Assembly: GCA_038231135.1 (NCBI GenBank)
Contig: JBBRLX010000006.1
Location: forward strand, 20,161-84,160
Source of the DNA: Candidatus Eiseniibacteriota bacterium
GTDB taxonomy: Bacteria; Eisenbacteria; RBG-16-71-46
Direction of reading: 5' to 3'
DNA: 64,000 nt
The notes under the pieces were generated by a model that worked only from the letters and a program-made list of their open reading frames with translations, had not been told where the DNA came from and did not search any database. This document shows positions 20,939 to 31,565 of the stretch, in pieces (position 1 is the stretch's first letter; every line of letters begins with the position of its first letter). The position numbers were made by a program, and so were the translations under genes.

Positions 20939-22963
20939 CTGCTCGTCCAGGGTCGCGCCGCCGGCGCCTCCTTTGCAGAACCGCCCGCCGCCATCGGCGT
21001 CGACACCGGCGGCACGTTCACGGACTTCGTGGCCGTGCTGGGCCGGCGCCTGGTGGTGTTCAAGCTGCCGTCCACGCCCTCGGGCCCGGACCGCGCCGTG
21101 ATCGCGGGGCTCGACCGGTTGCGCGCCGCGCGCTCGACCCGGGTGCGCCACGGCTCCACCGTCGCCACGAACGCGTTGCTCGAGCGCCGCGGCGCCCGTG
21201 TGGTGTTCGTCACCACCGCGGGGTTCGAGGACCTGCTCGAGATCGGCCGCCAGGAGCGGCCCGACATCTACGCGCTCACGCCGCGGCGGGAGCCGCCGCT
21301 GGTGCCGGCGAGGCGGCGGCTCGGTGTGCGGGAACGCACGGGTCCGCGCGGCGAGCGCCTGCTGCGGCTGTCGGCGGCGGAGCGGTCGCGCGTGCGCCGC
21401 GCGGTCGCGCGGGCGCGGCCGGAGGCGATCGCGATCGGGCTGCTGCATTCCTACGCCGATCCCGCACACGAGCGGGCGCTGGCACGCGAGCTGCGCGGTC
21501 TGGGGGTGCCGGTCACCTGCTCCTCCGAGCTGTGTCCCGAGATCCGTGAATACGAGCGGTTCGCCACCACGGTGGTGAACGCGTGGCTGGCCCCGCGCGT
21601 CGGCCGCTATCTGGCGGCTGTGGCGCGGCGCGCGGGACCGGCGTTCGAGGTCGTGCTGTCGCACGGTGGCACCGCGCCCGCGGCGGTCGCGGCGCGCGAG
21701 CCGGCGAAGCAACTGCTGTCGGGTCCGGCGGCGGGGGTCCGCGCCGCCCGCGACGCGGCGCGCGCCTGCGGCTTCGCGGCCGCGCTCACGCTGGACGTCG
21801 GCGGCACATCGACCGACTGCGCCTACGTCGGCCGCGAGTTGCCGCGCCGGCGCGCCCGCATGGTGGCCGGGATCCCGATTCAGCTGCCGATGCTCGACGT
21901 GCATACGATCGGCGCGGGCGGCGGCTCGGTGGCGCGCGTCGACGCGGGCGGGCTGCTGCACGTCGGGCCGGACAGCGCCGGGGCCGATCCCGGGCCCGCG
22001 TGCTACGGGCGGGGCGGACCCCCCACCGTCACGGACGCGCTGGTGGTGCTCGGCCGGCTGCCGGCGCGGGCTCTCGCCGGCGGCACGTTTCCGATCGATG
22101 CGGGCGCGGCGCGGGCGGCGATGGCGCAGCTCGCGCGGTCGCTCGGCCATCGCGACGCGCTGCGCGCCGCCGCCGGCGTCGCGACGCTCGCCGAGTCGCA
22201 CATGGGGGCGGCGCTGCGGCGCGTGTCGGTCGAGCGCGGCCACGATCCGCGCGGCGCCGCCCTGGTGTGCTTCGGCGGCGCGGGCGGGCTGTTCGCCTGC
22301 GCGCTCGCGGCGGAGCTGGGGACGGCGGTGGTGTTCCCGCGCCACGCCGGCGTGCTGTCGGCGCTGGGGGCGCTGACCGGCGGCTCGCGGCGCGAGAAGA
22401 GCCGCTCGGTGCTGCTCGACGCCGGCGACCGCCCGCGCATCGCCCGCGTGCTCGCGGCGCTCGAGGCGGCGGCGCGCCGCGAGTTCGCGCCGGCGCTGCG
22501 CGGGCGCGCGACCGTGGAGCGCTGGGCCGAGGCGCGCTACCGCGGCCAGGCGCACGAGCTCCCGATTCCCGCCGCCGGCGACCTCGCGCGCCGGTTCCAT
22601 GCCGCGCACGAGCACCGCTATGGCTTCGCCGATCCCGCGGCGCCGGTCGAGATCGTGACGCTCGAGGCGCGGGTGTCGGTGGCCGGCGAGCGGCTGCCGG
22701 CGATGCGGCCGGCGCCGCGCCGCGGACCGCGGCCGCCGGGCAGCGTCACCGTCCGCCACGCGGGACGCGACATCAGGGCCCTGGTGTGGGACGCCGCCCA
22801 GCTCGGCCGCGGGGCGCGCGTGGCCGGCCCGGCGGTGGTGGTGGAGGACGGCGCGACGCTGTGGGTGGTGCCCGGGTGGTCGGGCACGCGCCACGCGAGC
22901 GGCGCCCTGGTGCTCGTGCCCGGAAGGCTGCGCGCCGCGCCGCGACGCCGGGGGCCGCGATGA
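20939..22963 (+). CDS. hyuA: Hydantoinase/oxoprolinase family subunit A (HyuA-like)
   Basis: The conserved N-terminal IGVDTGGTFTDFV is encoded at 20993-21031, upstream of the track start 21029 (GTG). The true start is uncertain (possibly the CTG at 20939). Also DVGGTSTD and the rest of the HyuA fold. Confidence 0.75.
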   Translation: MLVQGRAAGASFAEPPAAIGVDTGGTFTDFVAVLGRRLVVFKLPSTPSGPDRAVIAGLDRLRAARSTRVRHGSTVATNALLERRGARVVFVTTAGFEDLLEIGRQERPDIYALTPRREPPLVPARRRLGVRERTGPRGERLLRLSAAERSRVRRAVARARPEAIAIGLLHSYADPAHERALARELRGLGVPVTCSSELCPEIREYERFATTVVNAWLAPRVGRYLAAVARRAGPAFEVVLSHGGTAPAAVAAREPAKQLLSGPAAGVRAARDAARACGFAAALTLDVGGTSTDCAYVGRELPRRRARMVAGIPIQLPMLDVHTIGAGGGSVARVDAGGLLHVGPDSAGADPGPACYGRGGPPTVTDALVVLGRLPARALAGGTFPIDAGAARAAMAQLARSLGHRDALRAAAGVATLAESHMGAALRRVSVERGHDPRGAALVCFGGAGGLFACALAAELGTAVVFPRHAGVLSALGALTGGSRREKSRSVLLDAGDRPRIARVLAALEAAARREFAPALRGRATVERWAEARYRGQAHELPIPAAGDLARRFHAAHEHRYGFADPAAPVEIVTLEARVSVAGERLPAMRPAPRRGPRPPGSVTVRHAGRDIRALVWDAAQLGRGARVAGPAVVVEDGATLWVVPGWSGTRHASGALVLVPGRLRAAPRRRGPR

Positions 22964-24606
22964 CCGCCGCGTTCGACGGCGCGCGGCTCGCGCTGTTCCA
23001 GGCGCGGTTCGCCGCGTGCGCCGAGGAGATGGGCGTGACGCTGATGCGCACCGCGCATTCGCCGAACATCACCGAGCGCCTCGACCACTCGTGCGCGGTG
23101 TTCGACGGCCGTGGCCGGCTCATCGCCCAGGCCGCGCACATTCCCGTGCATCTCGGCAGCATGCCGCGCGCGGTCGAGGTGGTGCTCGAGCGCTCGACGC
23201 TATTGCCCGGCGACGTGGTGATGCTCAACGATCCGTTCGCCGGCGGCACGCACCTGCCGGACGTTACGCTGGTTTCGCCGGTGTTCGCCGGTTCCGCGCC
23301 CGGCCGCGGCGGCCCGCGGCGGCCCGATTACTTCGTCGCGAGCCGCGCGCACCACGCCGACATCGGCGGCGCGGCGCCCGGGTCGATGCCCCTCGCGCGC
23401 GAAGTCTACGAGGAGGGCCTCCGTATCCCGCCCGTGCACCTGGTGCGCGGCGGCGACGTCCAGGCGGACGTGCTCGCGATCGTGCTCGCGAACGTGCGGA
23501 CGGCGCGCGAACGCCATGCCGACCTGATGGCGCAGGCCGGCGCCCAGACCACCGGCATAAGGCGGCTGGAGGCGCTGATCGCGTCCCACGGCACGGCGAC
23601 GCTGAATCGTGCGGCGGAGGCGCTGATGCGTCACGCCGCGCGCAGCGTGCTCGCCGCCGTGCGGACCCTGCCGCGGGGGACGTTCCGCTTCGAGGACGTG
23701 CTCGACGACGACGGGCTCGGCCACGGGCCGATCCCGATCCGCGCCGCGGTGACGCTCGGGGCCCGAGGCGTGACCGTCGACTTCACCGGCTCGAGCCCGC
23801 AGACGGCCGGGCCGGTGAACGCCGTCGCCGCCGTCACCCGCGCGGCCGCGACCTACGCGGTGAGGATCGTGCTGGGCGGCGAGCTGCCGATCAACCACGG
23901 CACCCTGGAGGCCATCCGCGTGATCGCGCCGCCCGGCACCGTGGTGAATCCGCTGCCGCCGGCCGCGGTCGCCGCGGGCAACGTCGAGACCTCGCAGCGC
24001 ATCGTCGACGTCGTGCTGGGCGCGCTGGCGCGCGCGCTGCCCCATCGTGTGCCGGCGGCGAGCAGCGGCACCATGAACAACCTGCTGATCGGCGGCCGCG
24101 ATCCGCAAGCCGGCCCGTTCGCATACTACGAGACGCTGGCCGGCGGCCATGGCGCGGGCCCGGGCGGGGATGGCGCGTCGGCGATGCAGGCGCACATGAC
24201 GAACACCCGCAACACGCCGGTCGAGAGCCTGGAGCACGCGTATCCCCTGCGCGTCCGCTCCACGCGCGTGCGGCGTGGCAGCGGGGGCCTGGGCCGGCAT
24301 CGCGGCGGCGACGGCATCGAGCGTGCGCTCGAGCTCATGGCCCCGGCGCGCGTCACCGTGATCTCGGAGCGGCGGCTGCGCGGCCCGTGGGGGCTCGCCG
24401 GCGGCCGGCCGGGAGCGCCGGGCCGGAACACCGTGCGCGAGTCGCCCGGCGCCCGCGCGCGCCGGATGCCCGGGAAGTTCGTGGTCGATCTCGCGGCGGG
24501 CGCCGTGCTCACGGTGACGAGCCCCGGCGGCGGCGGCTACGGGCGACCGGGCTTCGCCGCATCGCGCGCGAAGCGCCGGGTCGCGCGTCGCGCTCCGCAG
24601 CGGTAG
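22960..24606 (+). CDS. hyuB: Hydantoinase/oxoprolinase family subunit B (HyuB-like)
   Basis: ATGA overlap with hyuA. MTAAFDGARLALFQARFAACAEEMGVTLMRTAHSPNI..NDPFAGGTHLPD is HyuB-like. The track ORF is rejected upstream of 22960. Confidence 0.85.
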   Translation: MTAAFDGARLALFQARFAACAEEMGVTLMRTAHSPNITERLDHSCAVFDGRGRLIAQAAHIPVHLGSMPRAVEVVLERSTLLPGDVVMLNDPFAGGTHLPDVTLVSPVFAGSAPGRGGPRRPDYFVASRAHHADIGGAAPGSMPLAREVYEEGLRIPPVHLVRGGDVQADVLAIVLANVRTARERHADLMAQAGAQTTGIRRLEALIASHGTATLNRAAEALMRHAARSVLAAVRTLPRGTFRFEDVLDDDGLGHGPIPIRAAVTLGARGVTVDFTGSSPQTAGPVNAVAAVTRAAATYAVRIVLGGELPINHGTLEAIRVIAPPGTVVNPLPPAAVAAGNVETSQRIVDVVLGALARALPHRVPAASSGTMNNLLIGGRDPQAGPFAYYETLAGGHGAGPGGDGASAMQAHMTNTRNTPVESLEHAYPLRVRSTRVRRGSGGLGRHRGGDGIERALELMAPARVTVISERRLRGPWGLAGGRPGAPGRNTVRESPGARARRMPGKFVVDLAAGAVLTVTSPGGGGYGRPGFAASRAKRRVARRAPQR

Positions 24607-24709
24607 AGTGCGCGGTCGAGCAGGCCGCGGCTCGCCGCCCGCGCGCCGGCATTTCGAAGGTAACGCATCATGGGGCGCCGGACGTGGCACCCCGCTCTCC
24701 GGAGGTACG

Positions 24710-25927
24710 ATGCATCGCGCCATACGTGCCGTCGTGCTGCTGCTCCTCGTCGCTCCGCTGGCCTCGCTATTCGGCTCGCGTGCCGCGCACACCCTGCCGC
24801 TCTACGCCGCGCGCACTGGCTACATGTGCCAGCAGTGCCATTTCGATCCCAACGGCGGCGGGCCCCGCAACGACTTCGGGTTCATGTTCGCGCGCAACCG
24901 CCACAGCACGGATGCCGACACCACGGGCGCGTGGAAGGATCTCAACCTCACGAACAGGATCGGCGACACCATGCCGGTCTACTTCGGCGTCAATCAGCGG
25001 TTCATGCTGCTGACGGGCACCTCGACCCACTCCGACTCGCTCGATCGGTTCGCGTTCTTCGGCATGGAGAACAGCCTCCACATCACGTTCCAGCCCCACG
25101 AGAAGCTCACGCTCGTATACAGCCGGGATGCGTTCGCGATCGACGCCTCGAACGCCAGCGTCGAGCAGAAGGAGGCGTTCGGCATCCTCCACTTCAACGA
25201 CACTCATTACGTGAAGATCGGCCGGTTCCGCAATCCGTTCGGCCTGCGCATGGACGACCACACGGTGGCGACGCGCAACGGGTTCCTCGACCTGAGCAGT
25301 GGCCAGGGGTTCCTGCCGTACGATCCGCGATATCCGGACATGGGTGTCGAGGTCGGCGGCGCGCGCGGGCCGTTCTTCGGCCGAGTCGCGTTCACGAACG
25401 GCCATGCGAACTTCTCGAACGGGTTCGCGGAGACCAAGGCCATCAAGCTCGGCTACAACAGCTCGTTCTATCAGGGCGGCGTGTCGTTCTACGACGAATA
25501 TCAGAAGGTGCCGGTGACCAACCTGAAACGTTCGACGCGCTGGGGCTACTACGCGCTCGGCCACCATGGCCCGGTCGCGCTGGTCGGCGAGATCGCGGCG
25601 GGCACGGACGAGGCGTTGCCGGTGCTGCCCGGCGCCGTGACGGGAGCGAAGACCAACCTGCTCGCCGGATTCGCCGAGCTCGACTGGGCGGCCGGCCGCT
25701 CGGTGAACTTCCGGGCGCGCTACGACTACCTGAACCCCGATCGCAGCAGCATCCAGGTGATCCGGGACCTGAACTCGCACCAGCGCTACGCGCTCGAGAG
25801 CGAGTGGGTGCCGGTGCCGTTCGCGGAACTGCGGTTCGCGGTGCGCCGCATCCAACACCAGGACGAGGCCGCGTTCGGCTTCAAGGACGAGACGCAGTTC
25901 TTCACCCAGGCGCACTTCTCGTACTGA
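24710..25927 (+). CDS. Cyc2-like fused monohaem cytochrome c / outer-membrane beta-barrel porin
   Basis: RBS ggaggt. Signal peptide. A single CxxCH (YMCQQCH) lies about 15 aa into the mature protein. Then about 380 aa with alternating amphipathic beta-strand character, ending in ...AHFSY, a typical aromatic C-terminus for an outer-membrane protein. Confidence 0.6.
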   Translation: MHRAIRAVVLLLLVAPLASLFGSRAAHTLPLYAARTGYMCQQCHFDPNGGGPRNDFGFMFARNRHSTDADTTGAWKDLNLTNRIGDTMPVYFGVNQRFMLLTGTSTHSDSLDRFAFFGMENSLHITFQPHEKLTLVYSRDAFAIDASNASVEQKEAFGILHFNDTHYVKIGRFRNPFGLRMDDHTVATRNGFLDLSSGQGFLPYDPRYPDMGVEVGGARGPFFGRVAFTNGHANFSNGFAETKAIKLGYNSSFYQGGVSFYDEYQKVPVTNLKRSTRWGYYALGHHGPVALVGEIAAGTDEALPVLPGAVTGAKTNLLAGFAELDWAAGRSVNFRARYDYLNPDRSSIQVIRDLNSHQRYALESEWVPVPFAELRFAVRRIQHQDEAAFGFKDETQFFTQAHFSY

Positions 25928-25983
25928 GTGGACGCCCCGGTGTCACGCGCGAGGCGCCCGTCCGCGGGCGCCTCGCAGGCGTG

Positions 25984-27471
25984 TCAGCGGCGCAGCGCCG
26001 CCAGCCGCCGGGTGACGACGCGCTGCGTCAGCGGCGTGCGGTCGGCGGCGGACAGCGTGAGCGCCGCCTCGGGGACCTCATCGAGGAACGCGTCGTTCTG
26101 AAGACCCACCACGATCGTGGGTCGCTCGCGGCACGCGGCGCGCAGCGCCTCGACGCGCGCGGCCTCGAGCGGCAGCCGCGTGGCGACCACCGCCACCCGC
26201 GCCGTGGCGAGCGCCGGGTCCTCGGTGAGCGGCACGCCCGCGTCCGCGAACGCGCGCAGCAGCGGAGTCTCGCCCGGCGGCTCGGCCGGCGTGATGCCGC
26301 GCGCCGCCAGCTCGGCCGCCAGCGGGGGCAGCGTGTCGGGCCCGAAGTTCACCACCTGCCACGGGCCGTTGACCGCGCCCCCGGGCAGCGAACCCCGCAC
26401 GATCAGCGCGCGATCGACGATCGCCTCTAGTCGCGGCTCCCAGTCGGCCGGCGTGAGCGCCGCGAGCGGCGCCGCGAGCTCGGCGGCGGTGGGCTCGGGA
26501 TGCGCGCGGTCCAGCGCCGCGAGCCGCGGGCGCGCGGCGTCGAAGTTGTCGCGCTCGAGCGTGCCGTCGGTGATCGCGCGCGCCAGCTCCAGCCGCACGC
26601 GGCGCAGCTCGTCGTCGTGGAATGCGAACAGCAGCAGGTCGGCGCCGGCCTCGAGCGCGCGCCGCGCCGCCGCGGCCGGCGCCGCATCGCCGGTCGCGCC
26701 CTTCATCTCGAGCGCATCGGTGATGCTGACGCCCGGAAAGCCCAGCCGGTCGCGCAGCAGATCGTGCGTGATCGCGCGCGAGAACGTCGCCGGGCTCGCG
26801 GCATCGAGCGCGCGGTAGAGCACGTGCGCGGTCATCACGGCATCGGCGTCGAGGTGGGCCGCGAACGGCGCCAGCTCGCGCTGTTCGAGCTGCGCGCGCG
26901 ACGCCTCGCTCACCGGCAGCGACAGGTGCGAATCCGTGCGCGTGTCGCCGTGCCCGGGGAAATGCTTGAGACACGCCGCCACGCCCGCGGCGCGGTAGCC
27001 GCGCAGCAGCTCGCCCACGCGCGCCGTCACGTCGGCCGCGGTCATGCCCCATGCGCGCGGCCCGATCACCGGATTGAGCGGCTCGGAATGGATGTCGGCG
27101 ACCGGCGCGAACACCCAGTCGAGCCCGAGCGCCCGCAGCCGGGCGCCGGTCACGCGCGCGATCCATTCGAGATCGCCGGGCCCGGCGCCGCGTCCCAGCG
27201 TGAGCGCGTTCGGTGGCACCGTCAGGTGCCCGGCGAGCTGCGATACGTGGCCGCCCTCCTCGTCGATCGCGAGGAACAGCCGGCGCGGCTTCGCCAGCTC
27301 GCGCAGGTGGGCCGTGAGCCGCCGCAGGCCGTCCAGGTCCTGGAAGTCGCGGCGGAACACGATCACGCCCGCCGGGGGATAGGCAGCGAAGTCGCGCTCC
27401 CACGCGGGCGTGGGCCCGCCCAGGGGAATGCCGATCATCATCCGGCGCGCGATGCCGCGTTGTGCGTCCAT
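25984..27471 (-). CDS. nagZ: Beta-N-acetylhexosaminidase (GH3)
   Basis: GH3 motifs: LFLAIDEEGG, KHFPGHGDT, SITDALEM. Start chosen at MDAQRG (27471). The track ORF extends to 27627. Confidence 0.8.
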   Translation of the reverse strand: MDAQRGIARRMMIGIPLGGPTPAWERDFAAYPPAGVIVFRRDFQDLDGLRRLTAHLRELAKPRRLFLAIDEEGGHVSQLAGHLTVPPNALTLGRGAGPGDLEWIARVTGARLRALGLDWVFAPVADIHSEPLNPVIGPRAWGMTAADVTARVGELLRGYRAAGVAACLKHFPGHGDTRTDSHLSLPVSEASRAQLEQRELAPFAAHLDADAVMTAHVLYRALDAASPATFSRAITHDLLRDRLGFPGVSITDALEMKGATGDAAPAAAARRALEAGADLLLFAFHDDELRRVRLELARAITDGTLERDNFDAARPRLAALDRAHPEPTAAELAAPLAALTPADWEPRLEAIVDRALIVRGSLPGGAVNGPWQVVNFGPDTLPPLAAELAARGITPAEPPGETPLLRAFADAGVPLTEDPALATARVAVVATRLPLEAARVEALRAACRERPTIVVGLQNDAFLDEVPEAALTLSAADRTPLTQRVVTRRLAALRR

Positions 27472-27687
27472 GGCGGCAACCTGCGGAAGCGTTGCGCGAG
27501 TGTCAAGCATCGGCCCGCAACGACGGGCCTGGGACCCGCTCGGGCCGCCCGTTCCCACGCTGGTAAAGATACACTCGCCTGGCGCGTCGCGAGACCCGAC
27601 ACTATGACTGTGCACCCTGAAGCCCAAGTTGACCGGGATCTTGCAAAACGCACGTTGGGGCGGCGCTCCGGCCCGCGCTACACTGGC

Positions 27688-28869
27688 ATGATGAAGAACC
27701 CCGTCTCCCGGCGCAGCCTGCGGTTCACCGAGTCCGTGATCCGCGAAATGACGCGGCTATGCGCGCGCTACGATGGGGTCAATCTGGCCCAGGGCTTCCC
27801 GGATTTCGCGGCTCCCGAGGTCCTCAAGGAGGCCGCGGCACGGGCAGTGCTAGAAGACCACAACCAATACGCGATCACGTGGGGCGCCAAGCGCCTGCGG
27901 GACGCGATCGTGGCCAAGACCCTGCGGTTTCAGGGCCTCGGCTACGAACCCGAGACCGAGTTGACAGTGTGCTGCGGGGCGACCGAGTGCATGGCGTCGA
28001 CGATGCTGGCGCTGGTCGATCCGGGCGACGAAGTCATCGTGTTCGAACCGTTCTACGAGAACTACGGTCCGGATGCGATCCTGTGCGAAGCACAGCCGCG
28101 GTTCGTGCGGCTGCGGGAGCCCGACTGGGTCTACGACCCGGCCGAGCTCGAAGCGGCGTTCTCGAACCGGACGCGCGCGATCGTCATCAATACACCCAAC
28201 AATCCGACCGGCAAGGTGTTCAGCCGGGATGAACTCGAGCACATCGCCGCGCTGTGCCGGAAGTGGGATGTGATCGCGATCACGGACGAGATCTACGAGC
28301 ACATTCTCTACGATGGCGCGGAGCACGTGCCGCTCGCGTCGCTGGACGGAATGCGGGAGCGCACGGTGACGATCAGCGGCATGTCGAAGACATACAGCGT
28401 AACCGGATGGCGGATCGGCTGGTGCCTCGCGGCGCCGGCGCTGACGGGCGCGATCCGCAAGGTCCACGACTTCCTCACCGTGGGTGCTCCGGCGCCGCTG
28501 CAGGAGGCGGCTTCCGTGGCGCTCGAGCTGCCCGACGATTACTACCGCGGCCTCGCCGATCGCTATCGCGAGCGGCGCGAGTTCCTGGTGCCCGCGCTCG
28601 AAGCGGCGGGGTTCCGCGCGTTCCGTCCGCGTGGCGCGTATTACGTGATGACGGACATTTCGGAGTTCGGGTTCGACAACGATGTCGAGTTCGCGCGCCA
28701 CCTGGTGGAAACGGTGGGCGTGGCCGCGGTGCCGGGGTCGAGCTTCTATTCGGATCCAGGCTCGGGACGCCACCGGTTGCGGTTCCATTTCGCTCGCCGG
28801 CGCGAAACACTCGAAAACGCTGCGGAACGGCTCGGCCGCCTCGCGGCCCGTTCCAGTACTGCTCACTAA
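27688..28869 (+). CDS. Class I/II PLP-dependent aminotransferase (methionine/kynurenine aminotransferase-like)
   Basis: Shows GFPDF, NTPNNPTG and SGMSKTYSVTGWRIGW (the PLP lysine). Start ATGATG at 27688. Confidence 0.85.
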   Translation: MMKNPVSRRSLRFTESVIREMTRLCARYDGVNLAQGFPDFAAPEVLKEAAARAVLEDHNQYAITWGAKRLRDAIVAKTLRFQGLGYEPETELTVCCGATECMASTMLALVDPGDEVIVFEPFYENYGPDAILCEAQPRFVRLREPDWVYDPAELEAAFSNRTRAIVINTPNNPTGKVFSRDELEHIAALCRKWDVIAITDEIYEHILYDGAEHVPLASLDGMRERTVTISGMSKTYSVTGWRIGWCLAAPALTGAIRKVHDFLTVGAPAPLQEAASVALELPDDYYRGLADRYRERREFLVPALEAAGFRAFRPRGAYYVMTDISEFGFDNDVEFARHLVETVGVAAVPGSSFYSDPGSGRHRLRFHFARRRETLENAAERLGRLAARSSTAH

Positions 28870-28890
28870 CCGACACCCGGGGTATCATCG

Positions 28891-30516
28891 ATGCCGTTCC
28901 TTCGTCGCAACTCGAAAGGTCCACTCGTCGTGGCCATGGCGCTGTCGCTGCTGCTCGGATTCGGGCTGGCTCGCGGGCTCCAGGCCACCGACGATCTGCG
29001 CAGCCAGCTCGACGTGTTCTCGCAGGTGCTGGGCCTGGTGCAGAACAACTACGTCGAGGTTCCCGACAACGAAAAGCTCATCAAGGGCGCGATCGACGGG
29101 ATGCTCAAGACGCTCGATCCGCACACCGTGTACGTTCCCGAGCAGCGCGCCGAGCGCATGGACGAGGAATTCCAGGGCGAGTACTCGGGCATCGGCATCC
29201 AGTTCGAGATCCGTGACGGCGCGATCGTGGTGATCTCGCCGCTCGAGGGCACGCCGGCCTACCGGCTCGGCATCGGCGCCGGCGACCGCATCACCGCGGT
29301 CGACGACAAGCCGCTGCCGAAGACGATCACGAACGACGACGTGTTCAAGCTGCTGCGCGGGCCGACCGGCAGCACGGTCAAGGTCACGATCGACCGCGTG
29401 GACACCGCCGAGCCGCTGACGTTCTCGATCGAACGCGCGAAGATCCCGATCGAGAGCATTCCCTACGCCTACATGATGCGTCCGGGCGTGGGCTACGTGC
29501 GCATCATCCGGTTCTCGCAGACGACCGGCGAGGAGCTCGAAAAGGCGATGGCGACGCTGCGCGCCCAGGGCATGAAGTCGCTGATGCTCGACCTGCGCTC
29601 GAACTCGGGCGGCCTGCTGTCGCAGGCGGTGGACGTGCTCGATCAGCTGGTGCCGACGAACAAGCTGCTGGTGTACACGCGCGGCCGCATCCCGTCGTCG
29701 AACGCGGACTACAAGAGCAGCGAGCGGAAGAAGTTCCTCGACGGGCCGCTGGTGGTGCTGATCGACCACGGCAGCGCGTCGGCGTCCGAGATCGTGTCGG
29801 GAGCGATCCAGGATCTCGACCGCGGCCTGGTGGTCGGCACGAACTCGTTCGGCAAGGGCCTGGTGCAGAACCAGCTCCGGCTGTCGAACGGCTCCAAGCT
29901 GCTGCTCACGATCGCGCACTACTACACGCCGAGCGGACGCCTGATCCAGCGCGACTACTCCAAGTTCTCGGACCGCGCGGAGTATCAGGAGGACGCCTAC
30001 AAGGTCGACGTGCCGAGCGATTCGGTGATGGCGACGCTGCCCAAGTTCAAGACCGCGGGCGGACGCACGGTGTACGGCGGCGGCGGCATCTATCCCGACG
30101 TGATCGTGAAGGACGACCCGAACCTGAGTCAGGCCGAGGCCAACCTGATCCAGAACCGCGTATTCTGGGAGTTCGCAACCGGCTACGTCCACAAGCACAA
30201 GGACACGAAGTGGACGTCCGACGCGCTCAACTCGCGCAACTTCCAGCTCAACGATGGCGATTGGAGCGACCTCAAGACCGTGGCGAAGTCGCGCAAGGTG
30301 GCGGTCGCCGACTCGGTGTGGCAGAACGACCGGCCGTTCGTGGTGCGCCAGATCCGCGCCGAGATCGCGAGCAACACCATGGGCCAGCTCGAGCGCTACA
30401 AGGTGCTGATCGAGGACGACATCCAGCTCAACCAGGCGCTGGAGCTGTTCCCGCGCGCGACGCGGCTGATGTCGGGCAACTTCGACAACAATACGGAGCC
30501 GGCGAAGAAGCGGTAG
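28891..30516 (+). CDS. ctpA: Carboxyl-terminal processing protease (S41) with PDZ domain
   Basis: Tail-specific protease motifs: GIGAGDRITAVD (PDZ), LDLRSNSGG and DHGSASASEI. Confidence 0.85.
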   Translation: MPFLRRNSKGPLVVAMALSLLLGFGLARGLQATDDLRSQLDVFSQVLGLVQNNYVEVPDNEKLIKGAIDGMLKTLDPHTVYVPEQRAERMDEEFQGEYSGIGIQFEIRDGAIVVISPLEGTPAYRLGIGAGDRITAVDDKPLPKTITNDDVFKLLRGPTGSTVKVTIDRVDTAEPLTFSIERAKIPIESIPYAYMMRPGVGYVRIIRFSQTTGEELEKAMATLRAQGMKSLMLDLRSNSGGLLSQAVDVLDQLVPTNKLLVYTRGRIPSSNADYKSSERKKFLDGPLVVLIDHGSASASEIVSGAIQDLDRGLVVGTNSFGKGLVQNQLRLSNGSKLLLTIAHYYTPSGRLIQRDYSKFSDRAEYQEDAYKVDVPSDSVMATLPKFKTAGGRTVYGGGGIYPDVIVKDDPNLSQAEANLIQNRVFWEFATGYVHKHKDTKWTSDALNSRNFQLNDGDWSDLKTVAKSRKVAVADSVWQNDRPFVVRQIRAEIASNTMGQLERYKVLIEDDIQLNQALELFPRATRLMSGNFDNNTEPAKKR

Positions 30517-30541
30517 CGGTCACCGAACTCCGGAGTCATCG

Positions 30542-30571
30542 AGGCGGGCACTTCCTTGCGGAGGTGCCCGC
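30542..30571. terminator. Bidirectional terminator hairpin between convergent genes (GGCGGGCAC-12nt-GTGCCCGCC)
   Basis: A perfect 9-bp inverted repeat between the ctpA stop and the stop of the minus-strand gene. Confidence 0.4.
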
Positions 30572-30591
30572 CTTCGCATGGAGCCGCACCG

Positions 30592-31390
30592 TCACCGCGC
30601 GCGGATCGTGACCGTGTCCCCGATGCCGAGGCCGACGCGCAACGCGGCGTGGCCGCCGACCTGCGCGACCTCCAGCCGGTTGCTGGAGCCCACGATCGCG
30701 ACCAGCGTGCCGATCGGCGAGTCGCCGTAGGAGCGCGCGATGCCGCTGATGCGGCGGCCTCCCAGCTCGACCAGCAGATCCTCCTCGGGCACGCCGTGGA
30801 ACGCCGCCCATAGATCGGCCGACATCACGTTGGTGAGCGCGTTGCCGAAATGGTCGATGTAGGCGATGCGGCCCACGAGCGCGTCGCCGACGCGCCGGCT
30901 CAGGACCTTCTCGAGCCGCACGGGATCGTTGATCTGCGGTCCCAGCGCCTGGATCGAGACGCCGCGCGCGAGATGCGCGGCCACCGGCGCGAACACGTCG
31001 CGGCCATGGAACGTGCGGCTCACCGGCTGGCGGAAGTAGCGTTCGTCCTTGAGCGCGTGCACCACCGCGCCCGGCGAGCGCAGCGCCCAGTCGAGCACGC
31101 CGTTGTCGGGGGCCACGAACGTCTGGCCGCGCGCATGCACGGCGAGCGCGCGGCGCGCCGTGCCCACGCCGGGGTCCACGACGACGAGATGCACGGCGCC
31201 CGGCGGAAAGTCCTCGGCCGCGGCCTCGATCAGGAACGCCGCGCGGCCCACGTCCGCGGGCTCGACGGTGTGATTGAGATCCACCACGCGCGCCTCGGGG
31301 CACAACTCGTGGATGACGCCATGCACAACTCCCACGAACCAGTCCGCGTTGCCGAAATCGGAAGTGAACGTGACGATGGGGGCGCCCATG
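30592..31390 (-). CDS. SAM hydroxide adenosyltransferase family protein (DUF62)
   Basis: IVTFTSDFGNADWFVGVVHGVI matches the DUF62 N-terminal signature. Start chosen at MGAPIV (31390). Confidence 0.75.
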
Positions 31391-31565
31391 CGCGGCAGCC
31401 TAGCACAGGAGCCGCGCGCCGCGCCGCGCCCCAAATGCTTGCGGCAGGCCAGCTTGGAAGGGCCATCCCCAGTCCTGCAGCGAACCCGGCCCCGAAATGC
31501 CGAATCTTTCGCTGGACAAGTGATATCACAATAGTATCTTTAGAGAATCAACCAAGGAGGAGTTC

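Noticed and set aside
21583-22959. In-frame upstream extension of the hyuB ORF (1007-aa track ORF)
   Set aside because: It overlaps hyuA out of frame. The HyuB homology begins at the ATG at 22960.
26500-27687. Upstream extension of the aminotransferase ORF (789-aa track ORF)
   Set aside because: It is antisense to nagZ. The aminotransferase homology starts at the MMKNPV at 27688.
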